From IMG/VR virus record IMGVR_UViG_3300017527_000489: a DNA stretch of 46,029 bases, one strand, 5' to 3'. Within the stretch, counting starts at the first letter, position 1, and each line of letters opens with the position of its first letter. The position numbers were made by a program, and so were the translations under genes. Below the pieces are notes generated by a model, which was given only the letters and a program-made list of their open reading frames with translations, searched no databases and was not told the DNA's origin. This stretch comes from a virus. This document shows positions 25,253-32,383 of the stretch, piece after piece.

Positions 25253-25501
25253 TTATTTAATTTTGTACAAGCTTAGGGTGTGAGAAACACTACCAAAGAC
25301 ACTAGATTTGCATCCATTATCGTTAGCTAAGGACACGTAATAATTTCCATCAACTAAAGCCATTAGCCAGTTGTTTGTTGATGTATCCTTGTAGAGTTTC
25401 TTTATTCTGCTCACCCCGTTTTTACCTAAATAACTTAAAGCGTTTTCAGTAAACACATGCCCATCTATAGGGATTTCTATTAGCTCTTTCAAATCTTTCA
25501 T
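25253..25501 (-). CDS. Hypothetical protein
   Basis: 82-aa ORF. No motif recognised. Confidence 0.5.
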   Translation of the reverse strand: MKDLKELIEIPIDGHVFTENALSYLGKNGVSRIKKLYKDTSTNNWLMALVDGNYYVSLANDNGCKSSVFGSVSHTLSLYKIK

Positions 25502-25520
25502 AACTATTTATTAAGGCGTA

Positions 25521-25732
25521 TTAGTAAATGTCTTTTAATACAATTGAGAATTGAGATGCGTTCTTGTAAACCTCCTTAATGCATTTTGTATCTAAATTTT
25601 CTCTATCGCTCCAGTCCTCGTTTTCGTCAATATAAATACATTCACCGTTGCCCTGTTGTCTTGCGTTTTGATTTCGTTGGATAGGTCTTTTAGTCTTCTG
25701 TATAGGTCGTCTGATATTGATATTGTTTTCAT
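25521..25732 (-). pseudogene. Frameshifted remnant of a paralogue of the 182-aa acidic protein gene
   Basis: 25621-25732 equals 23981-24153 with 1 substitution and a 61-nt deletion between two GTTGCCCT copies. ATG at 25732. The original frame stays open to TAA at 25521-25523. Confidence 0.7.
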
Positions 25733-25792
25733 GATTGTTATTTTAAAAGTTAATTAATTTCAAGTCGCAAAGCAGAACCTTTCGGAACGCTG

Positions 25793-27997
25793 CTAGAATA
25801 GGGTTTTTTGTCGTTCCTCAATAATAGCATCTCTATGGTTTTTTTTATTCAAGTTAAAATAACTCTCTTTTAACTCAATAGATACACTCTTTCTCTTCAT
25901 CTTCAAAGCAGTATAACCTTCTGACCCTATGCCCCCAAATGGACTAAAAACAGTATCTCCCTCGTTGCTATACAAGTGCAAAATGCGCTCAATAGTATCT
26001 AATTGTAAAGGGCAAATGTGTTTTTCATCATTCCCATCTCTAGCACTTCTATATTGCAACGTTCTTCTATAGTCTACATCCATCCAAACTGGAGATGCGT
26101 ATTTTTGCCACAAATCTACTGGCAAATAGTCGGGCTTGGTAAAATCATCCGCTTGATGTGTGATAGGCGTTTCGTTATCGCCTTCGTTTCTAAAGAACAA
26201 AACATAGTCAGGTATTCCAACTCTAGACATTACGCTATCCTTTTTTATAGTCTTATGGAGCAAACCAAGAGCCTTAGTTCTTTGCATTTCTGTTACTGGG
26301 TTCTTCCATATCGTAACCCGTGAATGATAAATAAAGCCCTGTTCTATAAACCAATTTATAAGCATTCCGCTAAAGTCTCTTAACCCGATAAACCCTTCTT
26401 TTCCTTTTTGAATAGGCAAATCCATACAATGAACCGCACATATTCTACCAGCCTTTAAAACTCTTTTGATTTGTGGAATCAAGTATTTAAAGTGATGCTC
26501 AAATTCCTTGTAATTCTTTACATTCCCCATATCCGCAGCCTTATCGCTATAAACATACAGCTCTGCAAAAGGAGGACTAAAAACGCATACATCAACACTA
26601 TTAGCTGGTAGACTTTTAGATGCTTCTACGCAATCCCCGTTAATTATGTGGTATCTATCGTTTTTTACTTCTTTTGTATCAACTACTGCCCCTTTTGAAG
26701 ACTTGTAATTATGCTCTGCGCTGTATTTTGCCATTTCTCCAATCATTTCTTTATGTTTTCCTTCTTTTTCTAAAATAGTTCTTCTTACGTTCGTTTGTGA
26801 TTCTGGAATAAGTATGTGAACTTTTACCTTTTTAGTTTGTCCGAACCTATAACAACGCCTAACAGCTTGATAAAAAGCCTCAAATTTGAAGTCGTACGAA
26901 CAAAAAACCATATTGCAGCAGTTTTGGTAATTCATCCCGAAACTAGCGATTGATGTTTTTGTTACTAGTACTCTAAACTCATTATCTGCAAACCCTAATA
27001 ACCTATCAGCCTTTGTTTGTGGTTTGTCACTACCTTGTACATTAACAGCATCATCAATGCTTCTTGATAGGAGGTCGGTTTCTTTGTTCTGTAAGCCCCA
27101 AACTATCCATTGTTCATTGTTTGAATTAACTAGTTCTGTCGCCAATTTTACCCTATCAGCCATTGAACGCCTTAAATCTTTATTCAAATCAGTTGCAGAT
27201 ACCGCAGCAGTAACAAATAAAGTATTAGTATTATTCTCTACGGGTATAATGTGTTCGATATACTCTATTTCTGGCAGGTCGTACCCTTCCATGTTATACC
27301 CTAAAGTACTAGGCTTATCTATAGATATAGACCATGTACATACAAACTTCCAAAAGTCATCTTTTGCATGCTTTCTTAGTCTCCATTTAGAAGTCTGCCC
27401 ACCATCATGAACAAAATACATAGCTAACATTTCTAAGTAACTCATAGCCCCTAAAAATTGGGCATGTTGTCCTAGTTCCATGTGGTCGTTTGGTGATGGT
27501 GTCGCTGTACATGCGAGTCTATACGGGGTTTGCTGGAATGACTCTATGATAAGTCTGCTTAGTTTTCCATCCCTTCCTTTTAAGATACTAGATTCGTCTA
27601 ATACAACACCCCCAAAGATAGAAGCATCTATATTCTTTAACTGGTCGTAATTTGTTATGTATATCCCATCCAAAGAATCATCGTTTCCGTTTTCGTATCT
27701 TGATATATTTATGCCAAATTTGACCCCTTCATTAATTGTTTGTTGAACTACTGCCAACGGGGATAATATCAAAACAGGTTTTTTTGTCTCAAATGCAACT
27801 TGCTCCGACCATGCTAAGAATTGAATAGTTTTACCTAGTCCGCAATCTTCAAACAATGCAAACCTACCTTTTTTGCATGCTAATTTTACTACATGCTTTT
27901 GATATTCGTATAAGTTTTGATTTAAGTCTTTAGCCTCGAATCCGCAAGCGATAAAACTCTTTTCTTTTGTCTTTAAAAACTCCTGATAATTATTCAT
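25793..27997 (-). CDS. SNF2-family helicase fused to an N6/N4 DNA methyltransferase (beta-class motif order)
   Basis: 734 aa. Helicase motifs DCGLGKT, VLDESS, CTATPSPND, QAVRRCYRFGQ. Methylase motifs DVCVFSPPF (IV) then VFSPFGGIGSEG (I). Confidence 0.85.
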   Translation of the reverse strand: MNNYQEFLKTKEKSFIACGFEAKDLNQNLYEYQKHVVKLACKKGRFALFEDCGLGKTIQFLAWSEQVAFETKKPVLILSPLAVVQQTINEGVKFGINISRYENGNDDSLDGIYITNYDQLKNIDASIFGGVVLDESSILKGRDGKLSRLIIESFQQTPYRLACTATPSPNDHMELGQHAQFLGAMSYLEMLAMYFVHDGGQTSKWRLRKHAKDDFWKFVCTWSISIDKPSTLGYNMEGYDLPEIEYIEHIIPVENNTNTLFVTAAVSATDLNKDLRRSMADRVKLATELVNSNNEQWIVWGLQNKETDLLSRSIDDAVNVQGSDKPQTKADRLLGFADNEFRVLVTKTSIASFGMNYQNCCNMVFCSYDFKFEAFYQAVRRCYRFGQTKKVKVHILIPESQTNVRRTILEKEGKHKEMIGEMAKYSAEHNYKSSKGAVVDTKEVKNDRYHIINGDCVEASKSLPANSVDVCVFSPPFAELYVYSDKAADMGNVKNYKEFEHHFKYLIPQIKRVLKAGRICAVHCMDLPIQKGKEGFIGLRDFSGMLINWFIEQGFIYHSRVTIWKNPVTEMQRTKALGLLHKTIKKDSVMSRVGIPDYVLFFRNEGDNETPITHQADDFTKPDYLPVDLWQKYASPVWMDVDYRRTLQYRSARDGNDEKHICPLQLDTIERILHLYSNEGDTVFSPFGGIGSEGYTALKMKRKSVSIELKESYFNLNKKNHRDAIIEERQKTLF

Positions 27998-28010
27998 TGT
28001 TCGATGTGTT

Positions 28011-28106
28011 AAATAAAAAAGCCCGTTTCAAAAGTAATTAATTGGCTTGGTGAGCATTGTCTATACACATCGAAAAGACAGCAATTAATTACCCTTGAAA
28101 CGGGCT
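28011..28106 (-). terminator. Compound long-stem terminator of leader L3
   Basis: 12-bp stem (28020-28031 with 28095-28106), a 10-11-bp stem (28035-28044 with 28082-28091) and a 5-bp apical stem (28058-28062 with 28076-28080), then UUUUUAUUU. Confidence 0.6.
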
Positions 28107-28152
28107 ATTAAATATTTTATTGATGTGTTATTTGCTTAGAGTACCACCTCAT
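28011..28152 (-). ncRNA. Candidate leader RNA or small RNA L3 (about 140 nt)
   Basis: TATCTTTG box at 28160-28167, then the structured element and U-tract. The 13-nt apical loop carries 10 nt complementary to -12..-3 of the downstream AUG. Confidence 0.4.
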
Positions 28153-28159
28153 AGCGTTT

Positions 28160-28167
28160 CAAAGATA
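28160..28167 (-). promoter_or_regulatory. -7 box TATCTTTG (P6), with a weak -33 region
   Basis: Perfect TAnnTTTG and the same octamer as P1 and P1'. The upstream hexamer TTAGTT is a poor match to TTGCAA. Confidence 0.3.
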
Positions 28168-28201
28168 ATATAATTATTGAAATAAACTAAGTAATGGGTA
28201 A

Positions 28202-28666
28202 CTATTTATTCAATTGTTCCAACCCGTACTTTTTGATAATGCTATTTATCTTAGCACGGTAGGATTTGGAAGTGAAATAATGGCACTCTTGGAGGGCATA
28301 AAGCCATCCTTTAGTGGTTTTCGGGTTTAAGCCTTTGTAACAGCCCTGATTTAACACTTTTGCCCACTTCTCGAAGCAAGCAACACGGCTCTCAAACTCC
28401 TGATACTGTCCGCTTTTCTTGATGCCTAACCAATTGCACTTATTGATACAAAGATTTGACGTACCCCATCCACTTTCTAGTGCTGCCTGTGCTATTAGGA
28501 GCGATACTGGCAGCCCGTTCTTGTCGCAGACGTGTTTTGAATCATCGTAGATATTGTTGATAAATAGGCTTACTCGCTTGTTGTCGATGTTCCGTAGACA
28601 ATTTGCCCTGTCTTTGTCCGTGCTTAGTAAGCAGAAGGCTATAAGGGCTATTATTATTCGTTTCAT
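28202..28666 (-). CDS. Endolysin, GH73-like N-acetylglucosaminidase with an N-terminal signal or anchor sequence
   Basis: 154 aa. The LLIAQAALESGWGTS motif is typical of the glucosaminidase (FlgJ/GH73) family. Hydrophobic N-terminus MKRIIIALIAFCLL. Confidence 0.7.
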   Translation of the reverse strand: MKRIIIALIAFCLLSTDKDRANCLRNIDNKRVSLFINNIYDDSKHVCDKNGLPVSLLIAQAALESGWGTSNLCINKCNWLGIKKSGQYQEFESRVACFEKWAKVLNQGCYKGLNPKTTKGWLYALQECHYFTSKSYRAKINSIIKKYGLEQLNK

Positions 28667-28676
28667 TTTCGGTTGT

Positions 28677-28970
28677 TTAAGATTTTGGCTTGTAGTTTTT
28701 AGCTCTTAAAATATACTCTTCTGCATAAGCAATCTTTTTCTTTAGGCTTTCTATGCTTTTTGCTTGAGCATTAATAACAGCATCTTTTGCCTCCTTTGGT
28801 GTGTCGTAAAATGTATGATAACTACATTTTTTTACTTCACGAGTTATATGCTCGTTTTTTTTCTTTGTGAGCCAATCGGTGCGATAAAACCACACCGAAT
28901 GTTCGGTTGTTCGTTCAACTTCAACCTCTTCTATGTTGTTATCGTAACCCACTCTATACATTTTTTTCAT
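28677..28970 (-). CDS. Hypothetical protein
   Basis: 97-aa ORF. No motif recognised. Confidence 0.5.
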   Translation of the reverse strand: MKKMYRVGYDNNIEEVEVERTTEHSVWFYRTDWLTKKKNEHITREVKKCSYHTFYDTPKEAKDAVINAQAKSIESLKKKIAYAEEYILRAKNYKPKS

Positions 28971-29069
28971 CTTGGTTTGCTTTTGACCTCCGCAGCTCGA
29001 ACCGTACGCAGTTCTCTAGTACGGGCTTTGGCTTTGGAGTGTTTAATTGTTTTAGTTTGTAGTCCTCAA

Positions 29070-29648
29070 TCATAGCATCGGTAAGGGGTTGTCCTTGGTT
29101 GCTTCTGCTAAGTCTGCGAAAGTAAGAACTTTAACCCCGTCTCTAAATTCGTGACTACTACTAAGATAAGCCGCCTTTTGACTTATCCCTATCCAGTAAT
29201 TGCCCGACCTAATAAGCCATTCCGTTGGGTTTTTATCTACGTATTCCCAACCCGAAAACAATACCGCTTTCTTGGCTTGCTCGTAGGCTTTGCAGTCTGC
29301 TGTCCACTGATTTAGCTCATCCGCTGACCATCCTAGCGAATCTATTAGGTTTTCATCAAAGTGGCTGTGGTGTCCGTTGTAATGGTCGTAGTTATTCGGC
29401 TCGGAAACTGGCACACCATCCACGCACGGCACGAAATGAGATAGAGAAACGGTTTCTTTGAGCAATTCGGCATGTTCAAAAAGTATATCCCAAGCACGGT
29501 CAATGTTATGGGATTCAGTCACGTAGTCGTTTAGTTCGCTGAATATTGCGCTTAGTGTTAATAGCTTTTTCATTGCTTTGTTTTTAAGTTCTTTAATAGC
29601 CGCTTTGGGCAGGGGTTGGGGGTTAGGCGAAATCCAATAGGGAATCAA
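29070..29648 (-). CDS. Hypothetical protein (start more likely ATG 29573, MKKLLTLSAI...)
   Basis: 192-aa ORF. Its first 25 codons overlap the upstream gene and cover the TAACCCCCAACC post-stop motif. Confidence 0.5.
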   Translation of the reverse strand: MIPYWISPNPQPLPKAAIKELKNKAMKKLLTLSAIFSELNDYVTESHNIDRAWDILFEHAELLKETVSLSHFVPCVDGVPVSEPNNYDHYNGHHSHFDENLIDSLGWSADELNQWTADCKAYEQAKKAVLFSGWEYVDKNPTEWLIRSGNYWIGISQKAAYLSSSHEFRDGVKVLTFADLAEATKDNPLPML

Positions 29649-29877
29649 AGTCAGCTCTAGCTTGAATTAAAATCATTTCCTTTTTGTCTTGCACGGCTTT
29701 TTCTCTGCGCAGGTCATAGAGCAAGGACACGAGGGAATTAAAGGCGGGTATATTGGTGCATTTAGCTTTTTCTAATCGGGTAGACTCTATTTCTTTCCTT
29801 AATGCTTTAATTTCGGTTCTAGTTCTGCTTATTTTACCATCGTATTCGGCTATTACTTTTTTGATTCTCGCTTTCAT
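29623..29877 (-). CDS. Hypothetical coiled-coil protein
   Basis: 84-aa ORF. It is the first gene after promoter P2 and is preceded by the AACAAAACAAACAAAATG leader. Confidence 0.5.
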   Translation of the reverse strand: MKARIKKVIAEYDGKISRTRTEIKALRKEIESTRLEKAKCTNIPAFNSLVSLLYDLRREKAVQDKKEMILIQARADFDSLLDFA

Positions 29878-29917
29878 TTTGTTTGTTTTGTTGTTAGTAA
29901 TTGTTTGTTTCGATATT

Positions 29918-29960
29918 CAAATATAAAACGAATAATTCGGTTTTGCAAGTTTATTTGCAA
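29918..29960 (-). promoter_or_regulatory. Promoter-like motif P2: TTGCAA-N6-TTGCAA-N17-TATATTTG
   Basis: Perfect -7 box at 29918-29925 and two palindromic TTGCAA hexamers at 29943-29948 and 29955-29960. Same architecture as P1. Confidence 0.55.
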
Positions 29961-29969
29961 TTCTTTTTT

Positions 29970-30635
29970 CTAAACACACATTTTAGGTTTAAAACTTCTT
30001 GTTTTTCGCATAAAATTAACTGGTTTAAGTTTTTTGGCACTCCTAAAGTCCTTAATAGCATCCTGTATTACAGTCCTTAATTCCCCGTTATCATCAGAGT
30101 TAAATTCCTTTACTATTTGTTGGGCTTTTTCTAGCATAGATATAGCATCTTGTATTGTTCTGTATAGCCCCAAATACAACCCCCCTCCATGAAAGTTATT
30201 ATTATCTGGAAGCGTTACTGTCGCTTTGTAGGCTGTTTTCCTTGAGTTAAAGGATATTCCTACTGGCACCCCTGTTAGTTTTGCTAATTTCTTACCGTAA
30301 TGGTCTTTTGAGTTATTTTCTCCACGGGTTATTCTTTGTAAATTACAAATCCTATCGTCATACGGAATGTTGTTAATATGGTCAATAACATAACCTTTCG
30401 GTATATCCCCAGCAAAAGCAAGTACCACTAAATGAGACACTAATGCAGACTTTGCTTTTCTCCCTCCATTCGATAAAGTCACAATTCGTCTACATCTAGG
30501 TTCTTGGGAAAGGTAAACTATTCCAAAGTATTCTATCTTTCTAATTCTCCCAATGTTGGATATTTCATAAAGCCCTGTGTAGTCAATTCCTTTGTATTTT
30601 ACTGGCTTCCATTGTTCTTTTGATAATACGCTCAT
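29970..30635 (-). CDS. HNH homing endonuclease (NUMOD4 + HNH_3, with an AP2-like C-terminal region)
   Basis: 221 aa. WKPVKYKGIDYTGLYEISNIGRIRK (NUMOD4-like) and HLVVLAFAGDIPKGYVIDHINNIPYDDRICNLQRITRGENN (HNH). Confidence 0.85.
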   Translation of the reverse strand: MSVLSKEQWKPVKYKGIDYTGLYEISNIGRIRKIEYFGIVYLSQEPRCRRIVTLSNGGRKAKSALVSHLVVLAFAGDIPKGYVIDHINNIPYDDRICNLQRITRGENNSKDHYGKKLAKLTGVPVGISFNSRKTAYKATVTLPDNNNFHGGGLYLGLYRTIQDAISMLEKAQQIVKEFNSDDNGELRTVIQDAIKDFRSAKKLKPVNFMRKTRSFKPKMCV

Positions 30636-31120
30636 TTTAAATTCATTTTAGGGTAAATAAATTGGTTTATAACGGCTAAGCTGTTGGATGATGCCTCTAG
30701 ATATGCGCTTATAACTCGCTTTGCAGGCTCTAAACCAACAACAAAACCAGCGATATAGTACCGTTCCTTTAGGGCAGTTAAATACTCAAGCTGACTTTTT
30801 AAATGGTCGTCTTTCCTAAGGGTGCCATCCCTTTTAGACACCTTAGTGCCTGTTCTTTTGAACTCAATAGCTAGACCGCAATATTTGTCTAAAAACCATT
30901 CTTGAAAAATTAAATCAGGATGCCCTTTTCTTGCGCGTGTACTCATTATTCTGCGCTGCCCCATATTTAGCCTTATCCCTCCAAGGTCTACCGTATAGAG
31001 AATGTCAGGGTAATTCTTTTTTATCCACCTACAAAGCTCTGTTTGTTCTTGTTCTTCCGTTGGGGTTTTCCCTTTAAACATCCGTTGGTACTGCTTCGCT
31101 GTTATTTTCTTTTGTTTCAT
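30632..31120 (-). CDS. VRR-NUC domain nuclease (PD-(D/E)xK)
   Basis: 162 aa. EEQEQTELCRWI, KGHPDLIF and GLAIEFKR fit the E / PD / ExK signature. C-terminal SQLEYLTALKE..AGFVVG. Confidence 0.8.
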   Translation of the reverse strand: MKQKKITAKQYQRMFKGKTPTEEQEQTELCRWIKKNYPDILYTVDLGGIRLNMGQRRIMSTRARKGHPDLIFQEWFLDKYCGLAIEFKRTGTKVSKRDGTLRKDDHLKSQLEYLTALKERYYIAGFVVGLEPAKRVISAYLEASSNSLAVINQFIYPKMNLK

Positions 31121-31373
31121 TTTCTTTTAATTTGATAACTCCAAATGTTTTTTGATGCTTGGTCCCAAAGAAGGCTAATAGTTTGCTCTGTTTATTAACA
31201 TGCATATTACTATAAGAGTCTAATTTTATAATTTTCCAAAGCGTTCTCCAACCAACAGGGCAGCCAAATATCTCTTTGATGTTCGCCTTTTGAATGTTAC
31301 CCCAATTAATAGAGTTTTCTTCCATAAAGTCAGCAATCGAACCCTTCAAGGATTCTCTAATTTCTTTCTGCAT
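31074..31373 (-). CDS. Hypothetical early protein (first gene of the leftward operon)
   Basis: 99-aa ORF beginning 23-30 nt after promoter P1'. Overlaps the next ORF by 47 nt, so that start is uncertain. Confidence 0.55.
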   Translation of the reverse strand: MQKEIRESLKGSIADFMEENSINWGNIQKANIKEIFGCPVGWRTLWKIIKLDSYSNMHVNKQSKLLAFFGTKHQKTFGVIKLKENETKENNSEAVPTDV

Positions 31374-31402
31374 AATGTATATTTTTTAGTAATTGTATAA
31401 CT

Positions 31403-31435
31403 CAAAGATAATATTTTTTCTTGGAAATACAATCT
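31403..31435 (-). promoter_or_regulatory. Leftward early promoter-like motif P1': ATTGTA..TATCTTTG
   Basis: Perfect TAnnTTTG box (plus-strand CAAAGATA, 31403-31410) with a TTG about 19 nt upstream. Confidence 0.45.
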
Positions 31436-31438
31436 TTT

Positions 31439-31481
31439 TTGCAATAAAGTTTGCAACTTCCAAAACTAAATTATATCTTTG
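31439..31481 (+). promoter_or_regulatory. Rightward early promoter-like motif P1: TTGCAA-N6-TTGCAA-N17-TATCTTTG
   Basis: TTGCAA at 31439-31444 and 31451-31456, -7 box at 31474-31481. Lies 40 nt upstream of ATG 31522. Confidence 0.55.
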
Positions 31482-31488
31482 TAACATC

Positions 31489-31526
31489 AACGAATCAAAA
31501 AACAAACAAAAACTAGTAGTTATGAA
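31489..31526 (+). repeat. 38-nt perfect direct repeat, copy 1 (A/C-rich leader plus ATGAA)
   Basis: AACGAATCAAAAAACAAACAAAAACTAGTAGTTATGAA is identical at 31667-31704. Confidence 0.9.
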
Positions 31527-31665
31527 AACTTATAATTATAGAGGTTACACAATCACCCCATCGAAGTACAGCACTACAATCTCAAAGGATGGTAAATATG
31601 TAAATAGACTAGATTCGGCTTCTAGTGCTGAATATTTTATTGACACGGTACTTTTAGACCAATAA
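31522..31665 (+). CDS. Small early protein (47 aa; trimmed from track ORF 31393..31665)
   Basis: The upstream 43 codons of the track ORF cover the promoter. ATG 31522 has the same leader as the next gene. MKTYNYRGYTITPSKYSTTISKDGKYVNRL... Confidence 0.5.
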   Translation: MKTYNYRGYTITPSKYSTTISKDGKYVNRLDSASSAEYFIDTVLLDQ

Positions 31666-31666
31666 A

Positions 31667-31704
31667 AACGAATCAAAAAACAAACAAAAACTAGTAGTTA
31701 TGAA
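31667..31704 (+). repeat. 38-nt perfect direct repeat, copy 2
   Basis: Identical to 31489-31526. Includes the start codon of gene 31700..31930. Confidence 0.9.
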
Positions 31705-31930
31705 CGGTCAAAAAATTAAGAAAATAACAGTAACGAGAGCGAATCCAGAGTATGATTTTTGGTATGAAGTCGGAAGCATGGGAGTCACTGAAATAGTAGA
31801 CATGAGTTTTGCGGGTGATAATTATGTTAGTGCTTATGTAATTTACGGCAAAGAGGTTGATTGTAAAAGAGAGGTTATCGCCCAATTAGAAGGCTTGCCC
31901 GTTGTTATAGAGTACTCACCCATTTCTTAA
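31700..31930 (+). CDS. Hypothetical early protein
   Basis: 76-aa ORF with a duplicated leader. Confidence 0.55.
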   Translation: MNGQKIKKITVTRANPEYDFWYEVGSMGVTEIVDMSFAGDNYVSAYVIYGKEVDCKREVIAQLEGLPVVIEYSPIS

Positions 31931-31948
31931 CCCCATAAAACAAACAAA

Positions 31949-32383
31949 ATGAACTACAAAACAGGCGACACGGTGCGTGTCAAAGCAACAGGTCAGATAG
32001 CAATTATCTCTGGCGAAGACTTAAACCGCTTTGAATTGGAAGACCTAGAAGGCGGCTATATTATGAAAGATGGGGCGCATAGTTTCACCTCTGACGAGCT
32101 AGAGAAAGTGGAGCTAGAAGGCGGCACAGACCCTATCGACTTTAGTGAGCCTCCAACTTGGAACGCTTTAGAGGTTTACCATAATGCAGAGATAGCCAAG
32201 CGTAAGGCGGCAGAGGATGCCAAAGAATGCGCTTTACACAAGCTGCTAGAAGAAAGCGGCTTCCCTGACGATGATAAGGAAGAACCCGAGCTAACGCCCG
32301 AGCAAAAACTTGCTTATCAGTACGAGCATTTGGAGCATGAACAACAACAACAATTAATTCACCCTGATATTAACAATCTATAA
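31949..32383 (+). CDS. Strongly acidic early protein
   Basis: 144 aa, D/E-rich (ELEDLEGG, DDDKEEPELTPEQ). Preceded by the AAAACAAACAAAATG leader. Confidence 0.55.
   Translation: MNYKTGDTVRVKATGQIAIISGEDLNRFELEDLEGGYIMKDGAHSFTSDELEKVELEGGTDPIDFSEPPTWNALEVYHNAEIAKRKAAEDAKECALHKLLEESGFPDDDKEEPELTPEQKLAYQYEHLEHEQQQQLIHPDINNL

Noticed and set aside
28000-28130. MITE-like insertion: a ~100-nt palindromic element flanked by a 9-bp direct repeat, GATGTGTTA, resembling a target-site duplication
   Set aside because: The same octamer is also present as its complement in the apical loop of the hairpin. A target-site duplication would not explain that. RNA-level pairing (loop with flank) accounts for all three copies. 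No second copy of the element exists in the genome.
28971-29069. Relatively GC-rich 99-nt gap with a CCGTAC/GTACGG hairpin and a GGTTCGAGC T-loop-like string
   Set aside because: The stem is only 6 bp with a 12-13-nt loop, there is no U-tract, no promoter motif and no tRNA fold. The evidence is insufficient to call any feature.
31393-31521. N-terminal 43 codons of track ORF 31393..31665
   Set aside because: This stretch covers the divergent promoter motifs and the A/C-rich leader. The downstream ATG 31522 carries the same 38-nt leader as the next gene.
31691-31885. 64-aa minus-strand ORF inside the rightward early block, and similar ones at 32473-32754, 33134-33391, 34893-35360 and 36297-37117
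   Set aside because: They are antisense to coherent plus-strand genes, have no promoter or leader motif, and have low-complexity hydrophobic products.
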